Origin: the human T2T-CHM13v2.0 reference genome, Homo sapiens
Strand: one strand, 5' to 3'
Assembly (NCBI RefSeq): GCF_009914755.1
Contig: NC_060926.1
Length of the DNA stretch: 64,000 nt
The notes under the pieces are model-generated. The model ran no database searches, was not told the origin of the DNA, and worked only from the letters and a program-made list of their open reading frames with translations. A program made the position numbers and the translations under genes. Numbering within the stretch: the stretch's first letter is position 1; each line of letters begins with the position of its first letter. Positions 12,765 to 27,076 of this stretch are shown here, piece by piece.

Positions 12765-14519
12765 CATTAGCTAGCACAATTTTGAGCAAAAAACAAAGTT
12801 AAAGACATCTCATTTCCTAACTTCAAAATATATTCAAAAACAATAGTTATCAAAACAGTATTGTACTGGCATAAAGACCGACATATAGACCAATACAACA
12901 GAAGAGAGAATCCAGAAATAAATCCATGCATGTACAGTTAATTGATCTTCTAGAAGGTTGCTGGGAATACATAATTGGAAAAAGATAGTCTCTTCAATAA
13001 TTGTCAGGAAAACTGGATAACCCCATGCAAAAAAAAAAAAAAAAAATTGGGACCTCTATCTTACACCACACAGAAAAATCAAATCAAACATTTGATTTGC
13101 TTGAAGACATAACCATAAAACCTGTAGGTGTAAAACTCATAGAAGGAAACAGTGAAAAATCTTCATGACATTGGTCTTAGCAACAATTTTTTAGATATAA
13201 TATTTAAAGAACAGGCAACAAAATTGAGCCATATCAACATGGTTCTTCTTAAAACAAAATAAGATCATATTATTGGCCAGGTGAAAAGCTGAATTTCAGA
13301 ATGGCACTAATTACCACAGAAATGAAAATCCAGACTCCTCCCATGGTCTGCAAAGCCTATCTGCACTTCCCATAAACAACTTTTCTTTCTGCTTTCTGTC
13401 CTCCAGACACACTAGTGTTCTAGTGTTCTTTTTATTCTTCAAAAATTAAAGCACTTTCCAAAACTAGGCATGTTGCTCTTGCAGAACTCCTGAGGCAAAA
13501 CTCTTCTTTATTCATTTCACATGGCTCACTCTTTCTCATAATTTAACTCTCAGTGGAAAAAATCTCCTTGGAGAGAACTTACATGAACTTTTATGACCTT
13601 ATGTTGATTATGACACTAAAATAATGCTTCATTTTTATCTATACTTGCCCTGGAATAATTACTATACATAAAATATATTTACTTTATACTTTTTCTCATT
13701 AGTTTTTTTTTTACTATTTATGCTTCCAACTATTCAATGTCTTTCAATTAAGACACACCAACATTTCCAACTATCTATTTCTATTATTACTTTTGTAATC
13801 AAATAGCTTTGAAATTTGAAGAGTTTTTTTTTTCATTTATCCTCAATTCTTATATACATTCATATATCACATTTTCAGGATTATATTTCTCACTCACTCA
13901 TTATAGCTCCTTCTTCTTTTAACACCTGCTATCATATCCCTATTATATATTATCAAATTCTTATTATATCTCTTCTGAATCATGATGTGTTATCAGGAAA
14001 AGAAAATATTTTAAAGACCCTTTAAAAATAATATTTAAATTGTTTGTAAATGTTAATTTATTGGGTATAACTAGTTTTTTAGTACTCATAATTGCATGTT
14101 GTTCACTTGAGATTACTTCACATGAGATCACACTGTTTATATTACTTATCTTTCCTGTTCTTTCACCATGAAACATACCACACTTCTATAGCCGATTTGT
14201 GAGAAACACATAATTCACAGGAAATTTTGACAATAAAATTTATTTGACATAATAACAGCATTTTATCTAAAAATGTCCCTATTATATCCATTTCTCCTTG
14301 ATCTTATAGAAGCCTCCTCTTTGTTTTTACCTCTAGCATTCAATGTTTTGAATCTTTACCTCCTTAATTAATTTTTTTCTGTATGATTATCAAGGTTCTC
14401 ATCACATTGCTTCAATCCTAAGCACAGGGTCAATTCTATAATTTGCTGGGCTCAGTGCAAAATAAAAATGTGGTCTCTTGTTTAAAAAGCAACTAAAAGG
14501 CTTCCCTTTCTCCTCTGGA

Positions 14520-14521
14520 CT

Positions 14522-14552
<31 letters not shown>

Positions 14553-14806
14553 TTAGAGATGGGGTCATACCCTCTCACCCAGGCTTGAGTCCTTGGACTC
14601 CTAGGAGCTCAAATGCTCCTCCTGCCTCTCAAGTTGTTGAGACTACAGGTGTGCACCACCACACCCAGTTAGTTTTTAAAAAACATTTTTTGGGGGGAGT
14701 CTCACTGTGTAGCCCAGTCTGGTCTTAAACTTCTGGCCTCAAGCAATTCTCCCACCTCAGCCTCCCAAATAGCTGGAATCTCAGGTGCAAACCATTATGA
14801 CTGGAC
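14520..14806 (-). mobile_element. Old Alu (AluJ or FLAM dimer) with (TTTA)n tail
   Basis: Two antisense Alu arms; degenerate. Confidence 0.85.
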
Positions 14807-15170
14807 TTCCAGTCTCTTTCTAATCTTGTTATAGTGCTTTTCTACTTGCTAGTTAATGACACATTGCCTTTGACATAGTTATGCTCATGGGGCCTCCACT
14901 TGGGAGGCTCCCAGATGCCCCAATTACTCCACTATTTGTTACATGGGGAATTTGCCAACTCTACATTTTCTTATTCCCTGAGCAGTAGCTGGACAGGAGC
15001 AGAGGTGAGGGCACCTGAAAACTTATTGTAGGAAAAAAGAGAGGCAGTAAGAGGTAGGATTGCATTTCAGCCAAAGTTTCAAGCCCCTGATGCATGCTCC
15101 ATTGTCCCATTAGGCTTTAATTACATATCATAATTCAAAGATAAAATTATGAAGAATTTTAAGAGAAAGA

Positions 15171-15455
15171 GCCAGGCGCGGTGGCTTATACCTGTAATCC
15201 CAGCACTTTGGGAGGCTGAGGCTGATGGTTCACCTGAGGGCAGGAGTTCAAGACCAGCCTGACCAATGTGCTGAAACCCCGTCTCTACTAAAAATACAAA
15301 ACTTAGCCAGGTGTGGTGGCTGGCGCCTGTAATCTCAGCTACTCAGGAGGCTGAGGCAGGAGAACCACCTGAACCCAGTAGGCAGAGGCTGCAGTGAACT
15401 AAGGTCGCCCCACTGCACTCCAGCCTGGGCGACAGAACAAGACTCCATCTCAAAA
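15171..15455 (+). mobile_element. AluS
   Basis: gccaggcgcggtggcttatacctgtaatcccagc...gactccatctcaaaa. Confidence 0.95.
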
Positions 15456-15541
15456 TATATATACATAAAGAGAATATATACATACATATATACATTTATA
15501 TATGTATGTGTATATATATACATAGAGAGAGAGAGAGAGAA
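15456..15541. repeat. (TA)n/(TACA)/(GA)n compound microsatellite
   Basis: Direct reading. Confidence 0.9.
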
Positions 15542-15546
15542 AATAA

Positions 15547-15859
<313 letters not shown>

Positions 15860-16657
15860 ACAAAGCTCTTTTGAGTCCAGGACTCTGTGTGACTGGTGGC
15901 CATGTCTATTCAAATCAATATAATTCTAGCCCAATTCAATCTGAAAGCTTAAAAATTCCAAAGATTATTAATTTTTTCAAATATATAATAAGTTATAGTG
16001 TGCATGAAGAGATTATATGCTCAGCAAACTAAAGATCCTGTATGATAAAAATCAATCTTAGAAGATCGTTTAATATGGTATAACAACTGCATTTCTTGTT
16101 CTATGTTCAATATAAAAATGCATCTTATCTATTAAAGGTAGAAAAACCAAATTATGTTTTGCATCCATATGAGGATTTACAGATGGAAAATACATAGATA
16201 TAACTATGTGTGAAAAATACATGAATGAATTGGATTATCCCACTTGTATGTGAATGTCCCGTTGGAACCAATAAATGATGCCCTCCTGGCTTTAATCTGG
16301 TATATCTCTTTGTTTACATTAATTAGACTTCAGCTCGGTTCTGTCTGTACCTCATCCCTGCTCAAATATGTATATCATTTGATTTCATTATTCTTCCCCA
16401 AGCATAACTATTATCATATATTTCTCATCAAAAACTTTGTGTTTTCCCACTGTACAAAATCTACATAAAACATATCAAAAATTTTCCACAATATAAGCAT
16501 AATTTACATTTCAAGCACCAACCAAATTGGATGATGTATTTTTCCCTAATGATGTTTCCATGGTCACTGAATGAACACATATCTCTATTTGGCCAGGGGA
16601 CTTTTAGAAAAGTATGGCAAATAATCGAATAACTTATTTTTGTAGAGATATCATCTT

Positions 16658-16680
16658 ATTACTTTTGCACCAACCTAATA
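16658..16680. mobile_element. Hsmar1/MADE1 terminal inverted repeat fragment
   Basis: attacttttgcaccaacctaa followed by TA = MADE1 terminus. Confidence 0.8.
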
Positions 16681-17381
16681 TACAACACATGTTTTAATAT
16701 TCTTTTGTGACATTTGTTTCCTCTATCATGCAATGACATTACACGGTATTCCACATGTTTATATCTATAAACTCTTCCACAGACATGAACCCTGAATGAC
16801 TCAATGACCACAGAAGATATTTTTATCTTTCTCTGAATTAGGAGGTAAGAAGAAGGGAACATATCTGAGAATATAAGAAACTCAGCATCCATTTTGCTTT
16901 GTTTCTAATGCTAGTTTCCTTTACTTCAGCTGCTTGTGCATATTTTATAAGACTCCATCCCAAATCAGTAAAGCTTTTATACAAAATTTAATATAATTTA
17001 GTAGTTCTTAATTCTGCTACTACTAACAGTAAATAGGGCAAAATCACTCCAGTTAAATGCCAAATGTGTAATCAAAATTTTAAGTTTCCATAACAAACTG
17101 ATACCATTGTTTAATGACCTGTCATCAAAGAAAAAACAATTAAATCCGTGGCAGGTAAATGAAATAATAAATGCTTTGTTAATGACCTTTCTGTTTAAGC
17201 CTCCACATAAAAATAAAACAAAAAAAATCAGCCCTCAAAATTCCTCAAACAAAATACCATTATCCCTGCTTTATTAATACATAAACTATGTATGGTTAAG
17301 GTAATGCAAAACTTAAACAAGGGCATGTGGTCAGTAATTTGCATCTGAAACTAAAGTTTCTTTTCTTACTATGTGTTTCAG

Positions 17382-17595
17382 CTGTGTTTAACAAAGGTCG
17401 TCGGGGGAGTGACTATGCCCCAGAGTCCACCATGAGAGTGCTGAAGAGCCAAAGGTGATGGACCCCTCTGATGCTTCCCTGCCATCAGTGAGAGAAGCCT
17501 CATGTTTATGTATTTTCTATGCTGAGATTTCACTCAATATTTAATGTAGAGGAGGGATTTGGCTGTCTAAAATAAATACTATTATTATTTTTAAT
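17382..17595 (+). other. Candidate terminal exon with polyadenylation signal (host gene not identified)
   Basis: Acceptor tttcttttcttactatgtgtttcag|CTG; GC-richer non-repeat body with CpGs; frames read LCLTKVVGGVTMPQSPP* or xVFNKGRRGSDYAPESTMRVLKSQR*; AATAAA 17571-17576 then a U-rich tract. Confidence 0.55.
17571..17576 (+). terminator. Candidate polyadenylation signal AATAAA
   Basis: Hexamer 190 nt after a strong acceptor, with downstream U-rich sequence. Confidence 0.5.
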
Positions 17596-17679
17596 TGCAT
17601 CCAATTTGTTATATTTAGCAATATACATTGCTGATTATCTTTGACCTACCTTCTAGTTCTATTTATTTATTTATTTATT

Positions 17680-17890
17680 TTATTCTCCTCTACACTGCTT
17701 TGTGCTGAAAGACTGACTTTGCAAATTGAAGTACCCTGGCTCCCTTGTCGTCTGGCTGCTGGTTGGATTCTGCAAGGAGAATGACAGAGTTCTGATTATA
17801 ACAAAGGTAAAATCAGGAAGTTACAGGATTAATTCTCTCCACTAGCTCTTTGCCCTACTAAGACTCTAGTAGTAGCTGTGTTTCACTACC
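17680..17890. mobile_element. LTR33-like ERVL LTR fragment
   Basis: ggctcccttgtcgtctggctgctggttggattc resembles LTR33 core. Confidence 0.5.
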
Positions 17891-17909
17891 ATGTGCCTTT
17901 AGGAGGGAG

Positions 17910-18072
17910 AATAACATAGTAGGTAAGGGCATGCCCTTACATATCGGAATACACACTCAGATATTCCTGGGTTTGGCTCCCAGCTCTACTCTACTTATAG
18001 GCTGTTTAATCTTGGGAAAGTTACTTGACCTTTGTGAACCTCAGTTTTTCTCATCTGTAAAATGAAGATAAG
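17910..18072 (+). mobile_element. MIR
   Basis: Core cttgggaaagttacttgacctttgtgaacctcagtttttctcatctgtaaaatgaagataa. Confidence 0.85.
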
Positions 18073-18499
18073 TAAAATAAACAAGCATGCAAATAAGCAG
18101 AACAATATCACCCATGTAAAGAGAGAAAAAATAATCGATTGAAACCCACTAAAAAATGATAGAAACTTTGAAAAATATAAGGTCTAAAATGTCAAATTTG
18201 ATGAAAATTATAAACTATACATACAATAAGCCAGACATACAAAACACCAAGTATGATAGAAAACTAATGATAAAGAGAATGCATTAAAATGAGGCAGACT
18301 AGACAGTAGTGTATAGATATAGCTAAATAGATGGACAGCAATTACAGGAGAAAAAAGAGCTAAAAATTACTAAATTTTTAACGTGTATGTTGATAAGAGC
18401 AGAGCCAATAAATACGGGAATAAGCTTTGTTTTGAACATTACCATGGCTTCAGTGGGTGATATTTAGGAGAAAAAAATGTTGAAGTCTAAGGGAATATG

Positions 18500-19192
18500 A
18501 TTGGCCGACTGCTAAATGCCCCTCCCTTAATTCTTACCTAAATTTTTGAGAATATGAATGTGATAAAATATCACATCCTGATTCTGTTATGTTTGTCGGT
18601 AAAAGGATATCAAATATTTAATTAATGTCTCTAGTTGACTTTAACTTAATATTCGGTACAATATTAATATTAATTACTTTAGGTTGGTGCAAAGGTAATT
18701 TTTATAATATTAATTATTATGACGTATCATTCAATCCTCAAAAGGACTGAATTAAAAGGAAGACTGAAGAGGATGCTAATCTATTCACATAGCTCTTTAA
18801 AAGCAGTGTTTTCTCTGGCTGGTTGCAAGAAGGGAAGTAAAGGAGATTCAAAGTATGAGATGGACTAGGTATTATTGGCTTTGATACACTGTTTCTGGCT
18901 TGTTCATGAAAAGGGCCAAGTGCAAGAATAGGAGAGTTGTCTCTACAAGCAGAGAACAACCCCCAGACAAAAGCTAGCAAAGACATGAGGACTTTAGTCC
19001 TAAAACCATAAGAAACTGGACTCTTCCAAACACCTGAATGAGATTAGAAGCTTATTATTTTCATCATGTTCCAGATGACATCCCATGCATGCGAACATCT
19101 TGATTTTAGCCTTTGAAAGCCTAAGCAGAGACCCCAGTTGAGCCTACCAAGGTTCCTCACCTAAGCAACTGTGAGATAACAAATGGGCGTTA
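18500..19192 (+). mobile_element. MLT1 (MaLR) solo LTR, MLT1E-like
   Basis: ccagacaaaagctagcaaagacatgaggactttagtcctaaaaccataagaaactggactc...aactgtgagataacaaatggg. Confidence 0.7.
18679..18700. mobile_element. Hsmar1/MADE1 terminal inverted repeat fragment
   Basis: ttaggttggtgcaaaggtaatt (one mismatch to the MADE1 start). Confidence 0.75.
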
Positions 19193-19828
19193 GAAGGAGA
19201 GCTGGGGGGAGAGGAGGGAAGCTTTAGTGGCTATATTAATCACAGACAAGTTTTCAGAACAAAGAATATCAATACAGTAAAGAAGGCCATTTTATAATCT
19301 TGAATGGGGTTAATACATCAAGTGGACATAACAATTCTAAATATTTATGCTTCTAATAACAGAGCTTCAAACCACACAAAGCAATAACTGATAGAACTGT
19401 AAGAGCAAACTAGACTAATTTACAACTATAGTTGGAGATTTCAGTACAACTTTCAATAACAGAGAAGTAGACACAAAGTCAGTAGATACATAGAAAGAAA
19501 TTATCATTCAATTTTATCTAATTGACACGTAGACATTTCAACCCAACATTAACAGAATACAAGCTATTTTTACGTGCACATGGAACACTGTCAAAAATAG
19601 ATCATAAAATAAGTCTCAACAAGTTTTAAATGAGTAAAGCCATACACAGTATATGCTCTGTTCACAATGAATAAATTAACCCCCCAAAACAGAAAGACCT
19701 ATAAAAAATTACTAAATATTTGGAAACAAAATAAAAAATACCGAATAACTCATGAATCAAAAACAGATTTTAGAAGGAAAATTTAAAATATATTTTTGAA
19801 GTGAGCAAAGATGAAAACACAACATATG

Positions 19829-20922
19829 TAAACCTAGGCAATACCATTCAGGACATAGGCATGGGCAAAGACTTCATGACTACATTGCCAAAAGCAATGG
19901 CAACAAAAGCCAAATTGACAATTGGGATCAAATTTAACCAAAGAGCTTCTGCACAGTAAAAGAAACTATCATCAGAGTGAACAGGAAACCTACAGAATGG
20001 GATAAAACTTTTGCAATCTACCCAACTGACAAAGTGCTAATATCCAGAGTCTACAAGAAACTTAAACAAATTTACAAGAAAAAAACATCCCCAACGCAAA
20101 GTGGGCAAAAGATATGAATAGACACTTCTCAAAAGACATTTATGTGCCAACAAACATATGAAAAAAAGCTCAGCATCACTGATCATTAGAGAAATGCAAA
20201 TCAGAACCACAGTGAGATACCATCTCAGGCCAGTCAGAACGGCAATTATTAAAAAGTCAAGAAACAACAAATGCTGGCGAAGCTGTGGGGAAACAGGAAT
20301 GCTTTTACACTGTTGGTGGGAATGTAAATCAGTTCAACCACTGTGGAAGACAGTATGGTGATTCCTCAAGGATCTAGAATGAGAAATACTATTTGACCCA
20401 GCAATCTCATTACTGGGTATACACCCAAAGGAATATAAATCATTCTACTATAAAGACACATGCACGCATATATTTATTGCAGCACTATTTACAATATCAA
20501 AGACATGGAATCAACCCAAATGCCCATCAATGATAGACTGGATAACAAAAATGTGGTATATATACACCATGGAATACTATGCAGCCATAAAAAGGAATGA
20601 AATCATGTCCTTTGCTGGGACATGGATGAAGCTGGAAGCCATCATCCTCAGTAAACACAGGAACAGAAAACCAAACACCGCATATTCTCACTCATAAGTA
20701 GGATTTGAACAATGAGAACACATGGACACAGGGTAGGGAACAACACACACAGTCGAGGGTTGGGAGATGAGGGGAGGGAAAACATTAGGACAAATAACTA
20801 ATGCATGTGGATCTTAAAACCTTGATGATGGGTTGATAGGTGCAGTAAACTATGGCATATGTATACTCATGTAACAAACCTGCACGTTCCGCACTTGTAT
20901 CCCAGAACTTAAAGTAAAATTT
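19829..20922 (+). mobile_element. 5'-truncated L1PA (about PA7-PA10) ORF2 3' end and 3'UTR
   Basis: aacctaggcaataccattcaggacataggcatgggc...cttgtatcccagaacttaaagtaaaat; ORF 20158-20361 is L1 ORF2 C-terminal domain. Confidence 0.95.
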
Positions 20923-21422
20923 TAAAAATAGGACAAATTTTCAGGGCTAATATTACCTGAGTTTTATCATTATTATAAAGTTACAGTAATCAAGATACTA
21001 GGGCATTGCCATAAAGATAGACAAACAGACTAATGGGACAGAATAGAAAATCTAGATACAGAGCCGCATATGTGGATAACTTGACTTTTCACAAAGAACC
21101 AAAGAAATTTGTTGGGGAAACTATAGACTTTTCAGCAAATAGTACAGGAACAATTGAATAGCACAGGCAAAATACAATAAAAGTAACATTAATAATCATA
21201 ATAATAAGTAAACTTTGACCTGGACCTTATGCCATTTGAAAATATTATATCTCACTGGATTATACCTAAAAATGAAACCTGAAGCTGTACAACTTCTAGA
21301 AGAAAGCACAGGAGAAAATTGTGATCACATATTTGAGATTTCTCAGGGCAGGTCAAAAACACAATCCATAAAAGAACAAATGTGACTTCATCAAAAGGTA
21401 CCATTAAGAATTAAGAAGATGT

Positions 21423-21728
<306 letters not shown>

Positions 21729-22444
21729 ATTAAGATGAAAAGACAAGCCACAAAATAGCAGAAAATATTTTCAAGAAATATATCCCGTAAATGTAAAGAA
21801 TTCTCAAAACTTAATAAGTAAACAACTTAATACAAAATAATGGCAAATATTCTGAATAGGATATTTACCAAAGAAGGTATTCAGATGATATATAAGCACA
21901 TGACAAAATACTCAGCATCATTAGTCATTAGGGAAATGGAAATTAAATCCATAGTTATATACTACTACACACCTATTAGAATGGCTAAGATTAAAAATAC
22001 TAAACATACTGAGTATTGACAAGGAAAGGGAAAAACTGGACCTTTCATGCACTTCAAGTGGGAATGTAAAATGGGTCAACTACTTCGAAAAGCATTTTGG
22101 CAGCCTCTTATAAAGTTAAACACTCACCATATGATCCAACCATTCTAGTCCTGAGGATGTATTGAAACACACACACACACATTTGATACAAATACTTGTA
22201 CACATATTTCTATCCAACTTTGTTCTAACCCAAAACTCAAAATAACCCAAGTGTTCACCAGGTGAATGGATGAACAAACTGTGGTATAACCATTACAGTG
22301 GAATGCTTCTCATCATCAGCTCAAAATGATAAGGCTATATGAAAGAAGTTAGACAAAAAAAGAGGCATTCTCTTTTGTTGCTTTTATATAAAATTATATA
22401 AATGCAAACCAATCCATAAGGACAACAATTAGATCAATAGTTGC

Positions 22445-22480
22445 TGTATTAGGTTCTCTAAAGGGACAGAACTAATGGAA

Positions 22481-22530
<50 letters not shown>

Positions 22531-22928
22531 AGATATTTATTTATTTATTTAAAGGAGTGTATTAAATATTAACTCATCCGATCACAGGGTCCCACAATAG
22601 GCTGTCTGCAGGCTGAAGAGCAAGGAGAGCCAGTCTGAGTTCCAAAACTGAAGAACTTGGAATCCGATGTTCGAAGGCAGGAGGCATCCAGCATTCGAGA
22701 AAGATGTAGGATGGGAGCATAGGCCAGTCTCTCCTTTCACGTTTTTCTGCCTGCTTTATATTTGCTGGCAGCTGATTAGATGGTGCCCACCCAGATTAAG
22801 GGTGGGTCTGCCTTTCCCATCTCATTGACTCAAATGTTAATCTCCTTTGGCAACACCCTCACAGATGTACCCAGGATCAATACTTTGTATCCTTTAATCC
22901 AATCAAGTTGACAGTATTAACCATCACA
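22445..22928 (-). mobile_element. MLT2A (HERV-L) solo LTR with internal (TA)n
   Basis: TG...CA ends (tgtattaggttctc...attaaccatcaca) and 5-bp TSD gttgc at 22440-22444 and 22929-22933. Confidence 0.93.
22484..22524. repeat. (AT)~20 microsatellite
   Basis: Direct reading. Confidence 0.97.
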
Positions 22929-23924
22929 GTTGCCTGAGAATGAGGATAGAGGGAGGCATGGAGAAGCAGTGAGATGCAAAAGGAAACTTTTGCAGGTGAA
23001 GGATCTGTTCACTATGTTGATGGTTGTGATGTTTTCACAGGGCTACCTACATGAAAACTTATCAAAAAATATATTTTAAATAGGTGGAGTTTATTTTGTC
23101 AATTATATCTCAATTAAAAATACAAACAATGAAACTATATTTTTCTTTCAAATCATCAGCTCCCTTTGAATGAGTGATGCTGAAATGGTCAGATTGGAAG
23201 CTAATAGTAACTTTGATGTTCAACGTACTTCCTGTGTTATTGTTTTTATTTTTCTCATGTCAGAAGCTGTGGACTTATGAGAGCCTGTTCATATCATGTT
23301 TGTTTTTTTTTTTTTTGGCATTTTACTCTGTTGGTTCTGTGAGGAAATAGATCAGTATAATATATTCAAAGTATTTAGGCTATTGCTTCATTTTGGATGA
23401 GAATCTATGCCGTAGCAAATTACACCTCAGGATACTATTAGCTTGTCCAAGTTAGAGACTAAGTAGTCTACATTTTCTTCCTTCAAACTCCTTTATCCCT
23501 GAAGTCTCCCTAAGGTAATTTTCTTTGCAGTCTCAATTAATTTCAAATTCAGGCCTTTGGCTGACAGCTGGACTCTTCCAGCAGGGCATCCAGCTTCCAA
23601 CAGAGCATTATTGAATGTAACTGCTCTGTCGTTTTGATTGAGGCTGTGACTTCTCAGTAGTAACTTCCCTTCCAAAGGGAGCTTTTACCTCACTGGATGC
23701 AGAGTAGGGAGACACGGGACAGAGTACAGAGGCCTAGGAAGAAAAAGCCACAATAGAGCTGCCATGTCCACAGACGAAGGCATGTGACTCTTCGTCATCG
23801 TCAACATAGTGCTTAGCAAAGCTGTTTTTAATTTTATACACAAACTGGGTATATTTAAAAATATGTGGCAGACAATACTCTCATTTTTTTAAATTTATTT
23901 GTCAAAAGTACCTTTGATGTTAAT

Positions 23925-24244
23925 TTTTTTTTCTTTTTTTAGACACAGTGTCACTCTGTTGCCCAGGCTGGAGGCTAGAGTGCAGTGGAACAATCTCAGC
24001 TCACTGTAACTTCAGCCTCCTGGGCTTAAGGATCCTTCCACCTCCACCTCCTGAGTAGGTGGGACTCAGGCACACATCACCTTTTCAGGCCAATTTTTTG
24101 TTTTTGTATATATATATTTCTTGTAGTGATAGGGGGTTCCACTATGTTTCCCAGGTTGGCCACAAACTTCTAAGCTCAAGTAGTCTGTTTGCCTTGGCCT
24201 CCCAAAGTTCTGGGATTATTGGCTTGCACCCACTGTGCCAGGTC
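23925..24244 (-). mobile_element. AluJ
   Basis: Antisense Alu; TSD-like tgatgt(t/c)aa.ttt on both sides. Confidence 0.92.
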
Positions 24245-25636
24245 TGATGTCAAATTTAACAGTAAATATGTTTCTACTCTTTGGCTTACTAATTTTATTG
24301 ATACACGTTATTCTAATAAAAAAGAAATTCTTTAAAAGCTGTAAGTACACGGGTTTAATACATCATCACCTATATTTGTTCATACTTATTACATAAAAGT
24401 CATTGTTGCCTACATTGTGCTGGGGACAATATTCAGTATATTGAAGTGTCCAACAAAATATTTTGAAAGAAAAAATAAATGAGTGAAGTCTCATGCCCTT
24501 ATTGATTCTATGATGTGTATTTATAATCAGATAAATTGCTTTCATTGCCTTTCTTTGGGTATTATTTTACAATGATGTACATATACTTAAAAATTAATTA
24601 TATTTTTATTCTTTCTACAGTACTTTATTTACCAAGTGTTTTCCTGAATGTGAATCTACTGAAAAAAGAGGTTCAAGTGATATTTTACTAAGAAATGTGT
24701 TTATTTCTTCTGTATGTACCATGATGGCAGGCAATTAAATTATAAAGAAATTTTAATTATGTTTAGTAAGAATTGAGATATGTAGGTTATTTTATGCTAT
24801 AATATTTTTATCCTCTGCTCAGTCTACCATGAAATGTCAAGTAGGTAGACATTGTAACCCAAGCATTTTGTCTTTCAATTTTTATAATTATTTAGACTAC
24901 AGTTAACTTGAGTGTTCCTGACTTTCTCTGTGCTTATTGTTCAGATAGAGATGATTATAATTTCATTTGTATTTAACGGTAAGTCTTCCACTCTCTAGTC
25001 TGAACATATTGACCTCAATTATTCTTACAAGTCAGATTAGCCTTATTAGCATCAATCATTAATAAAACATAGGAAAAGACTATATTCTAAGCAGTTGCCT
25101 TCCACGTGGCAACAATCAGCAGGACTAGTGTGTTTGAAGAGAGATATGTGTTTTCTTCTAATGATATTTAAGGTATGGATTATAGGATTAAGCCCATCTA
25201 CCTAACCAACCTGGATAAAGGACCGGAGAATGGCATTCATCCTCATCCTGCAGTACAATTACTCTTTTTAGGACTAATCAAAGCTGAAAAATAAGAACTT
25301 AAATCCTGTCCCATACTCCCATCTTTGTACCCCAATAGAAACTCTGCTATGAATAACTGATAAAAACATCAAATTGCATTAGCCAGACTACCACTGTACA
25401 GAAGAAATACCTCCTTTATCTTTTCCAAACACACAAATATGTGGGATATTCCTGCTGAAATTTAATGACTCAATTGTATACATCAAGTCTAATGTGAACT
25501 TTCTGCAACAAGCACTGTACTAGTCATATATAAGATGAAATATATCTAAAATAATATCAGCACATCTCTCTGAATCTCTTTTATTGTGAAAGCCATCACT
25601 TTAAAATAAAGTAAATATATGAGGGATTTTTTTTCT

Positions 25637-27076
<1,440 letters not shown>

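Larger units (their letters stand above)
11247..13225 (+). mobile_element. Sense L1 ORF2 segments (inverted 5' part of the preceding L1) with later L1/Alu insertions
   Basis: ORF 11257-11469 MKEDTKEWENIPHSLIERLNIVEMPILP is L1 ORF2-like; continues at ~11800-11865 and 12765-13225. Confidence 0.8.
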
